Notes under the pieces: generated by a model
The model's input: the letters and a program-made list of their open reading frames with translations, nothing else
The model's database searches: none
Told to the model about the DNA's origin: nothing
Shown: positions 41,704 through 51,303 of the stretch, in pieces
Layout: each line of letters begins with the position of its first letter
How positions within the stretch are numbered: position 1 is the first letter of the stretch
Assembly (NCBI GenBank): GCA_039586815.1
Contig: JBDHJR010000022.1
Coordinates: forward strand, 785-64,784
Direction: 5' to 3'
Length of the DNA: 64,000 nt
DNA from: Gemmatimonadota bacterium
Lineage (GTDB): Bacteria > Gemmatimonadota > Gemmatimonadetes > Gemmatimonadales > GWC2-71-9
Program-made: the position numbers and the translations under genes

Positions 41704-42582
41704 TCAGAACCCCTGGTTGTTGCGCAGCGTCACGCGCGTGATGACCGAGTCATGGACGTAGCCGATCCCGCCGCTCGGCAGGTGCGCCGTGCGAGGTGAG
41801 CGGCCGCGCACCACGAGTCCGACACTCGCGACCTCGACCACCGACGTCGCGTTGGCCCCCGTGCTGTCGTAGTACGCGAACTGCAGTCCGTTGGCGGTGA
41901 GGGGACCGACCAGCTCCTGCATGTCGGACCAGGCGCCGCCGCGGTTGGCGGCGCGCCGACCGAGCCAATAATCCCCTCCCGCGTCCAGGTACAGCTGTAT
42001 CTCTTCGGCCTGGAAGCCCCGTATGGGAGCGCCCGCGAACACCCCGCTGAGCGCTGAGTCGGCGCCTCCAGAGGCCGCCGTGATCGTCACGTTGAACACC
42101 GTTCCGGGCGATCCGTCGGGGCAGTTTCCCGGGCCGCTGGCCAGCAGACCTCCCACCAGCCAGTAGTCGTCACCGCGTAGCGACGGATCTCCGTCGTGGA
42201 ACAGCAGTATCGAATCGAGCGTCGAGGTGGGCCGGCGCACGCCGAACTGCAGCGAATCCCGCAGGATGAATCCCACTCCGCCCACTATCGCCTGCGGCAC
42301 CGTGCACAGCACCCCGGTCCAGCGCATCCCCCGGATGCCGAGCTTGGTGGCACTGGCAGACTTGATGTCGCCGTCCGAGGCGTCGAGCTCGCGCAGCGCG
42401 TAGGTGAGGAACAGGGCCGCGGCTCGCGTGTTCTGCTGCACGTGCAGCCGTTGCACCTGCGTGCCCGTGATGCGCTGGGTCGAGCCTATGGACTGGTAGA
42501 TTGCGGCGCCGATCACGCCCATCATGACTACCACGATGAGCAGCTCCACCAGGGTGAAGCCGTCGGATCTCAGCGCACGCAT
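41704..42582 (-). CDS. PilW-like minor pilin (prepilin-type N-terminal cleavage/methylation domain)
   Basis: ATG at 42582. MRALRSDGFTLVELLIVVVMMGVIGAAIY. Confidence 0.75.
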   Translation of the reverse strand: MRALRSDGFTLVELLIVVVMMGVIGAAIYQSIGSTQRITGTQVQRLHVQQNTRAAALFLTYALRELDASDGDIKSASATKLGIRGMRWTGVLCTVPQAIVGGVGFILRDSLQFGVRRPTSTLDSILLFHDGDPSLRGDDYWLVGGLLASGPGNCPDGSPGTVFNVTITAASGGADSALSGVFAGAPIRGFQAEEIQLYLDAGGDYWLGRRAANRGGAWSDMQELVGPLTANGLQFAYYDSTGANATSVVEVASVGLVVRGRSPRTAHLPSGGIGYVHDSVITRVTLRNNQGF

Positions 42583-42932
42583 AGGATGGAGCTCTCGACG
42601 GTGTCGGTACGGGTCACTCCGCGCAGGGCCGGATACGTGACGCGCACCTGGATGTGCCTCGCACTGCCTCCATGGGCCGTGAGTACGTCCCACTCGAGCT
42701 GGTAGGCGCCCCCCTTGGTGGCACTGCCGTTGCTGAGGGCGCCGCAGCTCACCCCGCGCATCGTCTCGAGTTGCTCTCGGGCGTAGAACGACGCCGTGGC
42801 GGCGCGGTCGCCTGCCGCCAGCAGCTGGATGACCAGCATGTTGGCTCCCAGCAGCGCCAGCATCCCCCACACGAATATCGTGACGGCCACGATCAGCTCG
42901 ACGATGGTGAAGCCACTCTCGTTCTTCACCAT
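42570..42932 (-). CDS. PilV-like minor pilin (prepilin-type N-terminus)
   Basis: MVKNESGFTIVELIVAVTIFVWGMLAL, 120 aa. Confidence 0.75.
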   Translation of the reverse strand: MVKNESGFTIVELIVAVTIFVWGMLALLGANMLVIQLLAAGDRAATASFYAREQLETMRGVSCGALSNGSATKGGAYQLEWDVLTAHGGSARHIQVRVTYPALRGVTRTDTVESSILCVR

Positions 42933-43369
42933 ACGGCCCGTCCCACTGGCGTGATGAGCAGGTCTCTCGCGTAGCCCGCCTTGGTGAACGTGAGGGAAAT
43001 CGAGTTGGCTGCCAGAGCCACGCCCTGCGGCGTGAACAGCACCGAATCGCCGTCGCTGGTAAACGTCACCCCGAAGTGGGTCTGGATGTCGTCGACGTTT
43101 CCGATGGTATCGAGGCCGGCGCCCTGAAGCGGGCAGGAGGTGATCCAGACGCGGTAGGCTGTGTCGTCGAGATGCAGCACGGCGGGGCAGCCACGAAATA
43201 CGGCGGTGGCCCGCCCGCGCGCGAGGTGCGTGGTTACCTGGCGGCGCGCGGCGCGCACGTCTTCACGGAGCAGCCAATCCTTCATGCTAGGCATGGCGAC
43301 TGCTAGCAGCACTCCGATGATGACGATCGCGATGACGGATTCAACGAGGGTGAATCCAGAACGCGACAC
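42926..43369 (-). CDS. FimT/GspH-like pseudopilin (prepilin-type N-terminus)
   Basis: GTG at 43369 preceded by GAAGGAGGG. VSRSGFTLVESVIAIVIIGVLLAVAMP. Confidence 0.7.
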   Translation of the reverse strand: MSRSGFTLVESVIAIVIIGVLLAVAMPSMKDWLLREDVRAARRQVTTHLARGRATAVFRGCPAVLHLDDTAYRVWITSCPLQGAGLDTIGNVDDIQTHFGVTFTSDGDSVLFTPQGVALAANSISLTFTKAGYARDLLITPVGRAVW

Positions 43370-43564
43370 CCACCCTCCTTCGGCCGCGTCAGGGCCGCAG
43401 AGCGGAGACCCACTGCTCCGCGACACGGGAATCGCCTCGCCGTTACCGCGAGGGACCTCCAATTACCCCCCCTAATTGCCGTGTGGGACCGCTGTGGGAT
43501 GTGTCGCGCGTCACAGTCCTACACCCCCCGAGTTTCGTAGACACAGGGTAGACCGGAGTGTACC

Positions 43565-44470
43565 TTGGCAGACGCTGTGGCTACCTATACGCTGATAGTC
43601 TCCAACCCACCGCACGGTGAGGTTGATCCGGCCCGTGCCGCTCCCGGCCTGGGCCTCTCCCCGGCAGAGCTCAGAATGAAGGCCAACTATCCGGTGCCAG
43701 AGATATGGCTCGCCGCGGACGAGGAAGGCAAGATGCAGGAGACGGCCGAGGAGCTCTCGGCCGCCGGCCTGTCCGTGGCGGTAGTGCCGGGCGAACAGCT
43801 GGGCGCGCTCCCGCCGAGAGAGGAAGTGCAAGCGTTCGAGCTCGCCGACGCGGGACTCGTTGCCACGCTCGAGGACGCCCAGGTCACGGTCCCCTACGAC
43901 GCCCTCCTCACCGCGGTGTATTGCACACCGCGCCAGGGGGCGGGGCTGGATGGATCAACGACGGGCGGGAGGAGCGGCCTCACCGAGGGCATGGCGCGAC
44001 GCTCCAGCTCCGTGTTCATGACGCGCGACTCACTGGTGGGGTTCGGCGGGCTGGGCGGCCGCAGCAGCGCGGCGGGTGGGGGCGAGGCTGGGCCGGGCGA
44101 GTCGTCGTTCCTCGACGTCTACTTCACCGAGGGCAGCGCCGCGCGGCGCCTCACGGTGATGCAGGACAAGGTGGATTTCTCGGGCCTGGGTGAGATGGCG
44201 TTGCCCAACGACGCCACCAACATGGAGATGCTGGTGCAGGAGGTGGAGGACCGGTTCAAGAGCGGCTCGGTGGACCGGCGCCTGGTGAACATGCAGCCGC
44301 GTCAGCGGCCGATGGTGGGGACGCCCACGCCCGACCACCCCGAGCGCAAGGGATTCTCCTTCGCAACCGAGGCGCTGAACCGCCTGCTGGAGTCCATATC
44401 CCCCGACCTCAAGGGCCTGAACCAGTTCGAGCTTTCGTCCCGGCTCGCCTTCCTCACGCGGCGCGCCTAG
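43565..44470 (+). CDS. hypothetical protein
   Basis: 301-aa ORF with good GC3 coding bias. TTG start. No recognisable motifs. Confidence 0.5.
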   Translation: MADAVATYTLIVSNPPHGEVDPARAAPGLGLSPAELRMKANYPVPEIWLAADEEGKMQETAEELSAAGLSVAVVPGEQLGALPPREEVQAFELADAGLVATLEDAQVTVPYDALLTAVYCTPRQGAGLDGSTTGGRSGLTEGMARRSSSVFMTRDSLVGFGGLGGRSSAAGGGEAGPGESSFLDVYFTEGSAARRLTVMQDKVDFSGLGEMALPNDATNMEMLVQEVEDRFKSGSVDRRLVNMQPRQRPMVGTPTPDHPERKGFSFATEALNRLLESISPDLKGLNQFELSSRLAFLTRRA

Positions 44471-45354
44471 CCGTCCTCCGGACCCGGGGCTGGCCCGTCG
44501 CGGGTCCACGTCTCGATCAACTCCCTGTCCCGCGAGCCGATCTGCAGCGCGGCCCCGTCGCGCTCGGCCTCGTTCTTGTAGACCGCGACCACCGCTGATC
44601 CCGAGCCGGAGAGGCGCACCAGCAGGGGGTGCGTGCCGGCGACCTGCTCGAAGATCGTCCTGAGCTCGGGCTCCTTGCCGAACACGGGCCCCTCGAAGTC
44701 GTTCCCCCCGAGGCGGCCGATGCCACCCCATGTTGCGAACGCGTCACGCTCCAGCACCACCGGCCCGCGCCGCGGCTCCCGCGCCGTCGCGGCATCCAGC
44801 AGGTCGTAGGCTGCCTTGGTACTGATGCCGAAGCGCGGCACGACCAGCAGGGCAGGCGCGGCCGGGGGCGCCTGCAGCCGGAACATCCGCTCACCCCGTC
44901 CCCAGGCGAGCGCCGTGGCAGCGCCGCCTGCGAAGAACGGCACGTCACTTCCCAACTGTGCCGCGAACTGCAGGATCTCGTGGCGCGGGACAGCGTCGTC
45001 GGCGAGGCGGTTGACTGCGTGGAGCGCCGCGGCTCCGTCACTCGAGCCGCCGCCCAGCCCCGCCTGCACGGGAATCCGCTTCACCAGGTGCAGCCGCACG
45101 CCGAACTTCCGGCCGGTGGCCTCCAGCACCCTGGCCGCCGCGCGGTAGGCGAGATTCTCCTCCGCCGGACCGGTGTCGGCTCCCTCGGCGGTCAGCGTGA
45201 CACCGCCCTCCGTCCGCTCCACCACTAGGTCGTCGTGCAGCTCGAGCAGCGTGAACATGGTCTCGAGCTGGTGGAAGCCCGACGCCTCGCGTGCCAGCAC
45301 CCGGAGGAAGAGGTTCACCTTGGCGTGAGCCCGGATCACGATGCGGTCAGTCAT
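44467..45354 (-). CDS. ispE: 4-diphosphocytidyl-2-C-methyl-D-erythritol kinase
   Basis: AHAKVNLFLRV, KRIPVQAGLGGGSSDGAAAL (GHMP kinase motif). Confidence 0.9.
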   Translation of the reverse strand: MTDRIVIRAHAKVNLFLRVLAREASGFHQLETMFTLLELHDDLVVERTEGGVTLTAEGADTGPAEENLAYRAAARVLEATGRKFGVRLHLVKRIPVQAGLGGGSSDGAAALHAVNRLADDAVPRHEILQFAAQLGSDVPFFAGGAATALAWGRGERMFRLQAPPAAPALLVVPRFGISTKAAYDLLDAATAREPRRGPVVLERDAFATWGGIGRLGGNDFEGPVFGKEPELRTIFEQVAGTHPLLVRLSGSGSAVVAVYKNEAERDGAALQIGSRDRELIETWTRDGPAPGPEDG

Positions 45355-46357
45355 CGCGGGCAGCCTCCTCGGTGTTCGGCGGACGCTGCCGCAGATCGAC
45401 CAGGTGGAGGTGCGCCCGGGAGAGGGACCAGATGCCCAGCAGCGTGATCGGGATGAACGTGGCCAGGTGGTACCCCACCGCGTATGACACCGCGCGGCCG
45501 GCCTCCACTCCGTAGAGCGCCAGAGACACCCGGGTCACCGCCTCGAACGGGCCGAAGAAGCCCGGCGATGACGGGATGGCTACGCCGAACGCGATCAGGC
45601 ACTGAAGCAGCAGCGCCGCGCTCCATGGCACATCGATGTCGAACGCCACCAGGCCCAAACCGAGTGAAGCCGCCGAGACCAGCCACAGCACGAACGACCA
45701 GGCGATGACCGTGGCGAACTGGCCGGGCCGCCGGAGAGCGTCGAGTCCGGAGAGCATCCCCTCGAGGATCTGCATCGCGCGGTCCGCCCAGCGCGCCGGA
45801 AGCACCAGATGGCTCAGGCGGCTCGCGAAGCGCAGGGCCGGCCGCGGCCAATGCACCAGCACGAGGGCAACCACCAGCAGCCCGCCGAACAGGATCCCGG
45901 CCCCGCGCGCCACCCCTCCCAGCGTCACGCTGCCCACCGCGGTGCCGGCCGCGAATCCGCCAGCCGAGATCGCCACCGTTAGCAGGGCCACCAGCGTGAT
46001 CCCGTCCAGCACCCGCTCCACCGCGATGGATGCGAACGCAGTGGAGAACCGGACCGCCGTCAGGCGGTGCGCCGCGTACGCCCGCGCGAACTCGCCGGCG
46101 CGCGCCGGCAGCAGGTTGTTCGCCATGAACCCGATGGCCGTGGCGTGCCACAGGGGGGTGAAGGGGAGTGCCTCACCTTCGAGACGCAGCAGGTAGCGCC
46201 ATCTTATGGTGCGGATCGGGAATTGGGCGGTCGCCAGCACGATCGTGGCCACTAGAGGCAGGAGTCTGACCCCACGGAGCCGCTGCCATACCTCCGACAG
46301 GGAAACGTCGTGCAGCGCCCACCACAGGAGCAGGGCGGACACGCCGATCCCCACCAC
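45347..46357 (-). CDS. flippase-like / lysylphosphatidylglycerol-synthase TM-domain (UPF0104) membrane protein
   Basis: About 8 hydrophobic helices. LWWALHDVSLSEVWQRL...IRWRYLL pattern. Confidence 0.7.
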   Translation of the reverse strand: MVGIGVSALLLWWALHDVSLSEVWQRLRGVRLLPLVATIVLATAQFPIRTIRWRYLLRLEGEALPFTPLWHATAIGFMANNLLPARAGEFARAYAAHRLTAVRFSTAFASIAVERVLDGITLVALLTVAISAGGFAAGTAVGSVTLGGVARGAGILFGGLLVVALVLVHWPRPALRFASRLSHLVLPARWADRAMQILEGMLSGLDALRRPGQFATVIAWSFVLWLVSAASLGLGLVAFDIDVPWSAALLLQCLIAFGVAIPSSPGFFGPFEAVTRVSLALYGVEAGRAVSYAVGYHLATFIPITLLGIWSLSRAHLHLVDLRQRPPNTEEAARDD

Positions 46358-46385
46358 GCCGGACCAGCGCAGGTGACGGGCCGGC

Positions 46386-48077
46386 TTATTGCTGCCTGAC
46401 GCCGAGTTCGAAGAGATCGAAGGCTTCCTCTATGAGGTCGCGGATGTCGGCTTCGCCTGCCCCGTGACCGAGCGCCGCGCGAATCTCGGTGCGGATCTCG
46501 AGCGCGCGATCGACGGCCGATTGACCGCTGTAGCACAGGTCGGCGATCGACACGAGGACCTCGGCGGGGGCCGCGGTCGGTTCCGCCGCCGCGGCTGACG
46601 CGGGATCGCTCGGGGGTCCCGCCAGCAACTCGTCCAACGAGGGCGAGCCGAGGCCCAGGGCCTCCGCATACCGCTCGAATCGGGCCCAGCTCCCCGCGAG
46701 GTCGGCCGGCTCTTCTCCGGGGGGCGCTACCGCGGGGGCCACCGGCTCGACGGACGGAGCGAGCGAGGGTGCGGGGGCCGCCGGCTCGGTGGTCGGAGCG
46801 GGCGACGCTGCGGGGGCCACCGGGCTCGGCGCCGGGGCCGCTGCGGGCGGCCCGCCCAGCGCAGCCGTGACCGCCGCCAGACGCTGCGCCGCCTGCTGCT
46901 CCGCGCCCGGACCGCTCTCGGCCAGAGCGGCCGCCGCTTCCCGCAGCTGGACCGCGAAGTCGGCTGTCCGCTGCACCGCCGCTCCGCTTGCCACCGCCTG
47001 GCGCGCAACGGTGGCGAACTGGGCGACCGCGTCCTGCAGCGGGTCGCCGCCCGCTCCGCCGAGGGCCCGGAACGTCGCGGCCAGTGCCTGTGCCCGCAGC
47101 TCGCGCTGCGCCGCCGAGCGCCCCCGCTCCAGCTCGTCGGCCGCAAGGCGGAGGTGCTCGCCGTGGGACACGAGCTCGAGCTGGCCCAACTGTCCCGGCC
47201 GCACGGCAGCCGTGCTCCGTTCCACCACGTGCGGGCCGTCGTCGTCGTGGTACAGCGACTCGATCGGCTGAAGGTCACTGTCCAGGTCGAGGAGGGCCCC
47301 GAGGCGCCGAGCGAAGTCGAGGGTTTCCTCCGCGTCGGCGTCGGCTTGCCCCTCGGTGGAGATCTCCCGCGAGGCCCGAGACAGGGCCTTGGCGGCGGCG
47401 TTGAACAGGAGCGCGGCATCCGGCACCGGCTCCTCGCGCCCGGTGATCCCGCCTACCGCGCGCTCGACTCCCTCCAGCAGATCGGCCATGGGCGGCAGCT
47501 CGGCAAGCATGGCCAGGCCACGCAGCGGCTGCATGACTGCCAATACCCGCTTCAGCGGGTCCCGCGCGGCCGCATCCTGCTGCAGCGACTTGGCGGTCTG
47601 GTCGAGCACGCTCGCCACGGAGGCGCCCTCGCGCCCGATGAACGCCCGCGTGCCGGTATCCAGCGCGTCGGCGCGGCGCGGCTCCCGCGGCGCGGCCGGC
47701 TGGCTCTCGGCCGGGTCCAGCTCCGACACCAGCGCCTGCAGCTTGGCGTCCTCGGTCTCCGACCAGGTGGGGACGGCACGCACCAGGACCTTGAACTCGT
47801 CCACTGCCTTGATGGCGAGCTGCTTGGTGCCCTCGTCCCACTGGCGGCGATCCTCGTGCACGGCGCGCGCGAAGCTCTCGAAGGCGGAAGCGGCCGAGGC
47901 AATGGAAGTCTGCTTTGCCATCAATGCGGAGCCACGCAGCTGGCGTGCGAGGCCGACCAGCTCCGTGGTCCTGGGCGCGTCCGGCCCGGACACGAGCGCG
48001 TCGAGGCGCTCGAGGTACTCGCTCGCCTCCATCGCGAAGAATTCGGAAAGACCCATCTGCTGGTTCATCGCCGCCAA
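46386..48077 (-). CDS. hypothetical protein with N-terminal HPt-like four-helix region (His replaced by Gln) and Ala/Pro-rich linker
   Basis: EFFAMEASEYLERLDALV...LARQLRGSALMA aligns by eye with the CheA-P1/HPt pattern F..EA.E.L..L...L...R..HtlKGsA. Confidence 0.5.
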   Translation of the reverse strand: MAAMNQQMGLSEFFAMEASEYLERLDALVSGPDAPRTTELVGLARQLRGSALMAKQTSIASAASAFESFARAVHEDRRQWDEGTKQLAIKAVDEFKVLVRAVPTWSETEDAKLQALVSELDPAESQPAAPREPRRADALDTGTRAFIGREGASVASVLDQTAKSLQQDAAARDPLKRVLAVMQPLRGLAMLAELPPMADLLEGVERAVGGITGREEPVPDAALLFNAAAKALSRASREISTEGQADADAEETLDFARRLGALLDLDSDLQPIESLYHDDDGPHVVERSTAAVRPGQLGQLELVSHGEHLRLAADELERGRSAAQRELRAQALAATFRALGGAGGDPLQDAVAQFATVARQAVASGAAVQRTADFAVQLREAAAALAESGPGAEQQAAQRLAAVTAALGGPPAAAPAPSPVAPAASPAPTTEPAAPAPSLAPSVEPVAPAVAPPGEEPADLAGSWARFERYAEALGLGSPSLDELLAGPPSDPASAAAAEPTAAPAEVLVSIADLCYSGQSAVDRALEIRTEIRAALGHGAGEADIRDLIEEAFDLFELGVRQQ

Positions 48078-48100
48078 GGTATGACTCCCCTAACCTGGGG

Positions 48101-48826
48101 TCAACGCGCCCCGTCGATCAGCGCACGCATCTCGCGCACTGCCTGCTCCATTCCCACCGTGATGCTGCGGCTCACGATCGTGTGGCCGATGTTGAGTTCC
48201 TCGATCTCCGGGATGGCTGCCACGGGCTGAACGTTGCGGGGTGTCAGTCCGTGTCCCGCGTGCACTGCGAGCCCTGCGGCGCGGGCGTGGCGGGACGCCG
48301 CGCGTAGCCTCTCGAGCGCTGCCTCCGACTCGCGGTAGGTGTTGGCGTACTCACCCGTGTGCAGCTCGATGGCCGGCACCCCGAGCTCTGCGGCCCGCTC
48401 GATGGTCGGCAGGTCGGGATCGATGAACAGGCTCACGCGAATGCCTGCGCCGCCGAGCCGCTCGATCGCCTCCACCAGGCGCGGCTCCGCCCCCTGGTCC
48501 GGCGCGCCCAGGCTGAGCCCACCCTCGGTCGTGACCTCCTCGCGCCGCTCCGGCACCAGCGTCGCCTGGTGCGGCGCGAGCTCGGTGGCGAGCTGGAGTA
48601 TCTCCTCGGCGGCCGCCAACTCGAGGTTGAGCACAGTCGTCACGCTGTCGGCAAGGCGCCGCACGTCGAGGTCCTGGATGTGGCGCCGGTCTTCACGCAG
48701 GTGCACCGTGATCCCGTCGGCGCCGGCGCGCTCGCACGCCGCTGCGGCCTCTACCGGGTCGGGTTCGTCGGTGCGCCGGGCCTGTCGTACCGTCGCTACG
48801 TGGTCGACGTTGATGTACAGCCGCAT
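48101..48826 (-). CDS. pdxJ: pyridoxine 5'-phosphate synthase
   Basis: [46 protein letters not shown]. Confidence 0.95.
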   Translation of the reverse strand: MRLYINVDHVATVRQARRTDEPDPVEAAAACERAGADGITVHLREDRRHIQDLDVRRLADSVTTVLNLELAAAEEILQLATELAPHQATLVPERREEVTTEGGLSLGAPDQGAEPRLVEAIERLGGAGIRVSLFIDPDLPTIERAAELGVPAIELHTGEYANTYRESEAALERLRAASRHARAAGLAVHAGHGLTPRNVQPVAAIPEIEELNIGHTIVSRSITVGMEQAVREMRALIDGAR

Positions 48827-48870
48827 GCTCAGCTTGCCCCGCCTATCGGAAGCGTTTAGGTTCGACCGCG

Positions 48871-49356
48871 GTGATGCGAAACACTGTTAGAAGTATAGCG
48901 CTGCTGGCGATTGTTCTCACTGCCCAGGCGTGCTCGTCGCACTCGGCTGTCGAGGTACCCACGCCGGCGAGTCCCGAGGCCGCCGTGCAACAGTTCATGG
49001 TGGCAGTGGGCGACCGTGACATGCCCATCATGGGCGGCCTGTGGGGAACCTCCGAGCGCGGTCCCGCCTCGGCATGGATGAACCCAGAAGAGCTGGAACA
49101 GCGGCTCGCCGTGATGGGGGTGTACCTCGCACACGATGAGTTCGAGGTGCTGCCGCGGCCGTTCGAGCCTCTGCCGAACGCGCCTCAACGGCAGGTGCAG
49201 GTGCGGATCATCCGCGCCGGCTGTGGTTACACGGTGCCGTTCACGCTGGTCCCCTACGGGAGCGGCTGGATCATCGGGAGCATCGATATCGCGGCCGCGG
49301 GGAATCCCGCCCGCACGTGCGAGGGCGTTCCGGATGGGGGTACGGGAGGGGTCTGA
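48871..49356 (+). CDS. hypothetical lipoprotein
   Basis: Lipobox [11 protein letters not shown], 161 aa. Confidence 0.55.
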   Translation: MMRNTVRSIALLAIVLTAQACSSHSAVEVPTPASPEAAVQQFMVAVGDRDMPIMGGLWGTSERGPASAWMNPEELEQRLAVMGVYLAHDEFEVLPRPFEPLPNAPQRQVQVRIIRAGCGYTVPFTLVPYGSGWIIGSIDIAAAGNPARTCEGVPDGGTGGV

Positions 49357-49372
49357 AGGCGGGACGCTCTGC

Positions 49373-49771
49373 CTATTCGGTGAGCTCCAGCAGAATCCCC
49401 GCCGTGGCCTTCGGGTGCACGAACGCTATGCGGCGGCCGGCGGCTCCGGCCCTGGGCACGTCGTCCACCAGACGATAGCCCAGCTCGCGACAGCGCTCGA
49501 GCGCCCGCTCCAGATCGGGAACCCGATAGCAGACGTGGTGAATGCCGGGTCCCCGCTTGGCGATGAACTTGGCAATGGGGCTGTCGGGATCCTGGGGGGC
49601 CAGCAGCTCGACCTCGACGTCGCCGAACTCGAGGGAAACAATTCGAGCCCCATCCGCTGTTTCCGGTTGGGACGGATCGAGACCGAGGACGTCGCGGTAG
49701 AATGCGGTGGCCTGGTCCAAGTCGGAAACCGCAACGCCGATGTGGGCGACTCGAGCCTGCGATTGGGGCAC
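49373..49771 (-). CDS. mce: methylmalonyl-CoA epimerase (VOC/glyoxalase fold)
   Basis: GTG at 49771 preceded by GGAGGA. VAHIGVAVSDLDQATAFYRDVLGL...GPGIHHVCYRV...AFVHPK. Confidence 0.8.
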   Translation of the reverse strand: MPQSQARVAHIGVAVSDLDQATAFYRDVLGLDPSQPETADGARIVSLEFGDVEVELLAPQDPDSPIAKFIAKRGPGIHHVCYRVPDLERALERCRELGYRLVDDVPRAGAAGRRIAFVHPKATAGILLELTE

Positions 49772-49855
49772 GGATCCTCCGTATCGAGCGGGCTGCGCGG
49801 TGCGGCTGAAGGCGCCGGATACCGCGCCTAACATACATCATTTTGGGAGCATGAC

Positions 49856-50188
49856 ATGGCAGTGACACACCCGATGGCTGTGACGGACCAGGACTTCGGA
49901 CAAGAGATCGAGCAGCACGACGGGCTCTCCATGGTGGATTTCTGGGCCGCATGGTGCGGTCCATGCCAGATCGTGGCGCCTGTGGTCGAGCAGCTCGCGC
50001 AGGAGTATGAGGGGCGGCTCAAGGTGGCCAAGCTGGACGTGGATGCCAGCCAGCAGACGGCGATGCGCTTCAACGTCCGCTCGATCCCGAGCATTCTGTT
50101 CTTCAAGGGCGGCCAGCACGTGGATACGGTGGTGGGTGCGGTGCCCAAGACCTATCTTGTGGAGAAGATCGAGCAGCATCTGGACTAG
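49856..50188 (+). CDS. trxA: thioredoxin
   Basis: VDFWAAWCGPCQIVAP...IPSILFFKGG. Confidence 0.95.
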   Translation: MAVTHPMAVTDQDFGQEIEQHDGLSMVDFWAAWCGPCQIVAPVVEQLAQEYEGRLKVAKLDVDASQQTAMRFNVRSIPSILFFKGGQHVDTVVGAVPKTYLVEKIEQHLD

Positions 50189-50218
50189 GTAGGACGCACG
50201 CAGGCGTCCCGCCGCACG

Positions 50219-50261
50219 GGCGGCGCGGGACTGCGAGTTCCGCGCCGCCCTCGTGCTTCTT
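50219..50261 (+). terminator. terminator candidate after trxA
   Basis: ggcggcgcgg-gactgcgagtt-ccgcgccgcc (10-bp stem) followed by ctcgtgcttctt. Confidence 0.5.
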
Positions 50262-50286
50262 AAACGGACATCATCGACCGCCGACT

Positions 50287-51303
50287 ATGCGTCTCAGCAC
50301 CGCGCTGCTGGCCGATACCCCGGTACGGCTCGCCGAGTTGAGCTTTCCGTGCACCGACGTGCTGCTGCACCGCACGCGGCTCGCTTTCATTCACCTGGAC
50401 AAGCTGCTGCACTACGCCAAGGCCGATCGGGACGGCATGGTAGACGGCTACATCGCGGTGTACCTGCCCGACGAGGTAACCGTGATGCTGCTGCGCCGCG
50501 GCACTCTGGCCACCGTGATCGCCTACACTTCCACGGGTCGCGGCATTCGCGCCATCCCCGCCGCGCTGGACCACTTCAAGAAGGAGGCGGAGCGCGGGGA
50601 GATCATCTACTGTGCCGCGCCCTACGAGCAGCTCGCGTGGATGCACAACAGCTGTTCGGCACAGCCGGAGGCGCGCGCGGTGGACCCGCACGATGCACAG
50701 GCGCTGTTCACGTCGCTCATGGAGGAGGGATTCAGCGGCGTGCTCGAGCTGATCGTGGGCGGATGCGTGAACTACCTCTGCTTCGAGCAGGGGGTGTTCC
50801 GCAACGGACACTTCCACGGCGACCACGAGGGCGCCACTGTGCAGCAGTACGTGGAGCGCCTATTCACCGACGCCACCGCCGCTGAGGAAACGCAGATAGC
50901 GGCGCTCACCTTCCCCGCGGCGGAAGCGCTCCCCGAGCAGGCGGAACCGCGTGTGTTCCAGGTCTACCGCGAGCTGTTCTGGGCGATAGCCGAGGCCGCC
51001 GAGCAGCAGGTGCCGGGCGAGGCCCGCAAGCGAGTGGAGCGGCTGCGCGATCTCCAGGCCAACGTGCACAAGCCGCTCGCGGCCATCGGCACGCCGCTGG
51101 AGGCCACGCCCGACTATCCGGTCGCGACCCCCGAAGAGCTCATGTATGCGCTGTCCGACTGGGTGCATCAGCTGTTGGAGGAGCTGGAGGTGATTGCCCC
51201 GGGCATCGCGCCCGAGGTGCTCAAGAGCGGGACCAAGGACCAACGCTACATGCTGCAGACGGCCGGCTTCTACGACCGCCTGCCGTGGGCCGTGCGCTGG
51301 TGA
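50287..51303 (+). CDS. hypothetical protein
   Basis: 338-aa ORF with coding-like composition. The stop overlaps the rsmI GTG. Confidence 0.5.
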   Translation: MRLSTALLADTPVRLAELSFPCTDVLLHRTRLAFIHLDKLLHYAKADRDGMVDGYIAVYLPDEVTVMLLRRGTLATVIAYTSTGRGIRAIPAALDHFKKEAERGEIIYCAAPYEQLAWMHNSCSAQPEARAVDPHDAQALFTSLMEEGFSGVLELIVGGCVNYLCFEQGVFRNGHFHGDHEGATVQQYVERLFTDATAAEETQIAALTFPAAEALPEQAEPRVFQVYRELFWAIAEAAEQQVPGEARKRVERLRDLQANVHKPLAAIGTPLEATPDYPVATPEELMYALSDWVHQLLEELEVIAPGIAPEVLKSGTKDQRYMLQTAGFYDRLPWAVRW

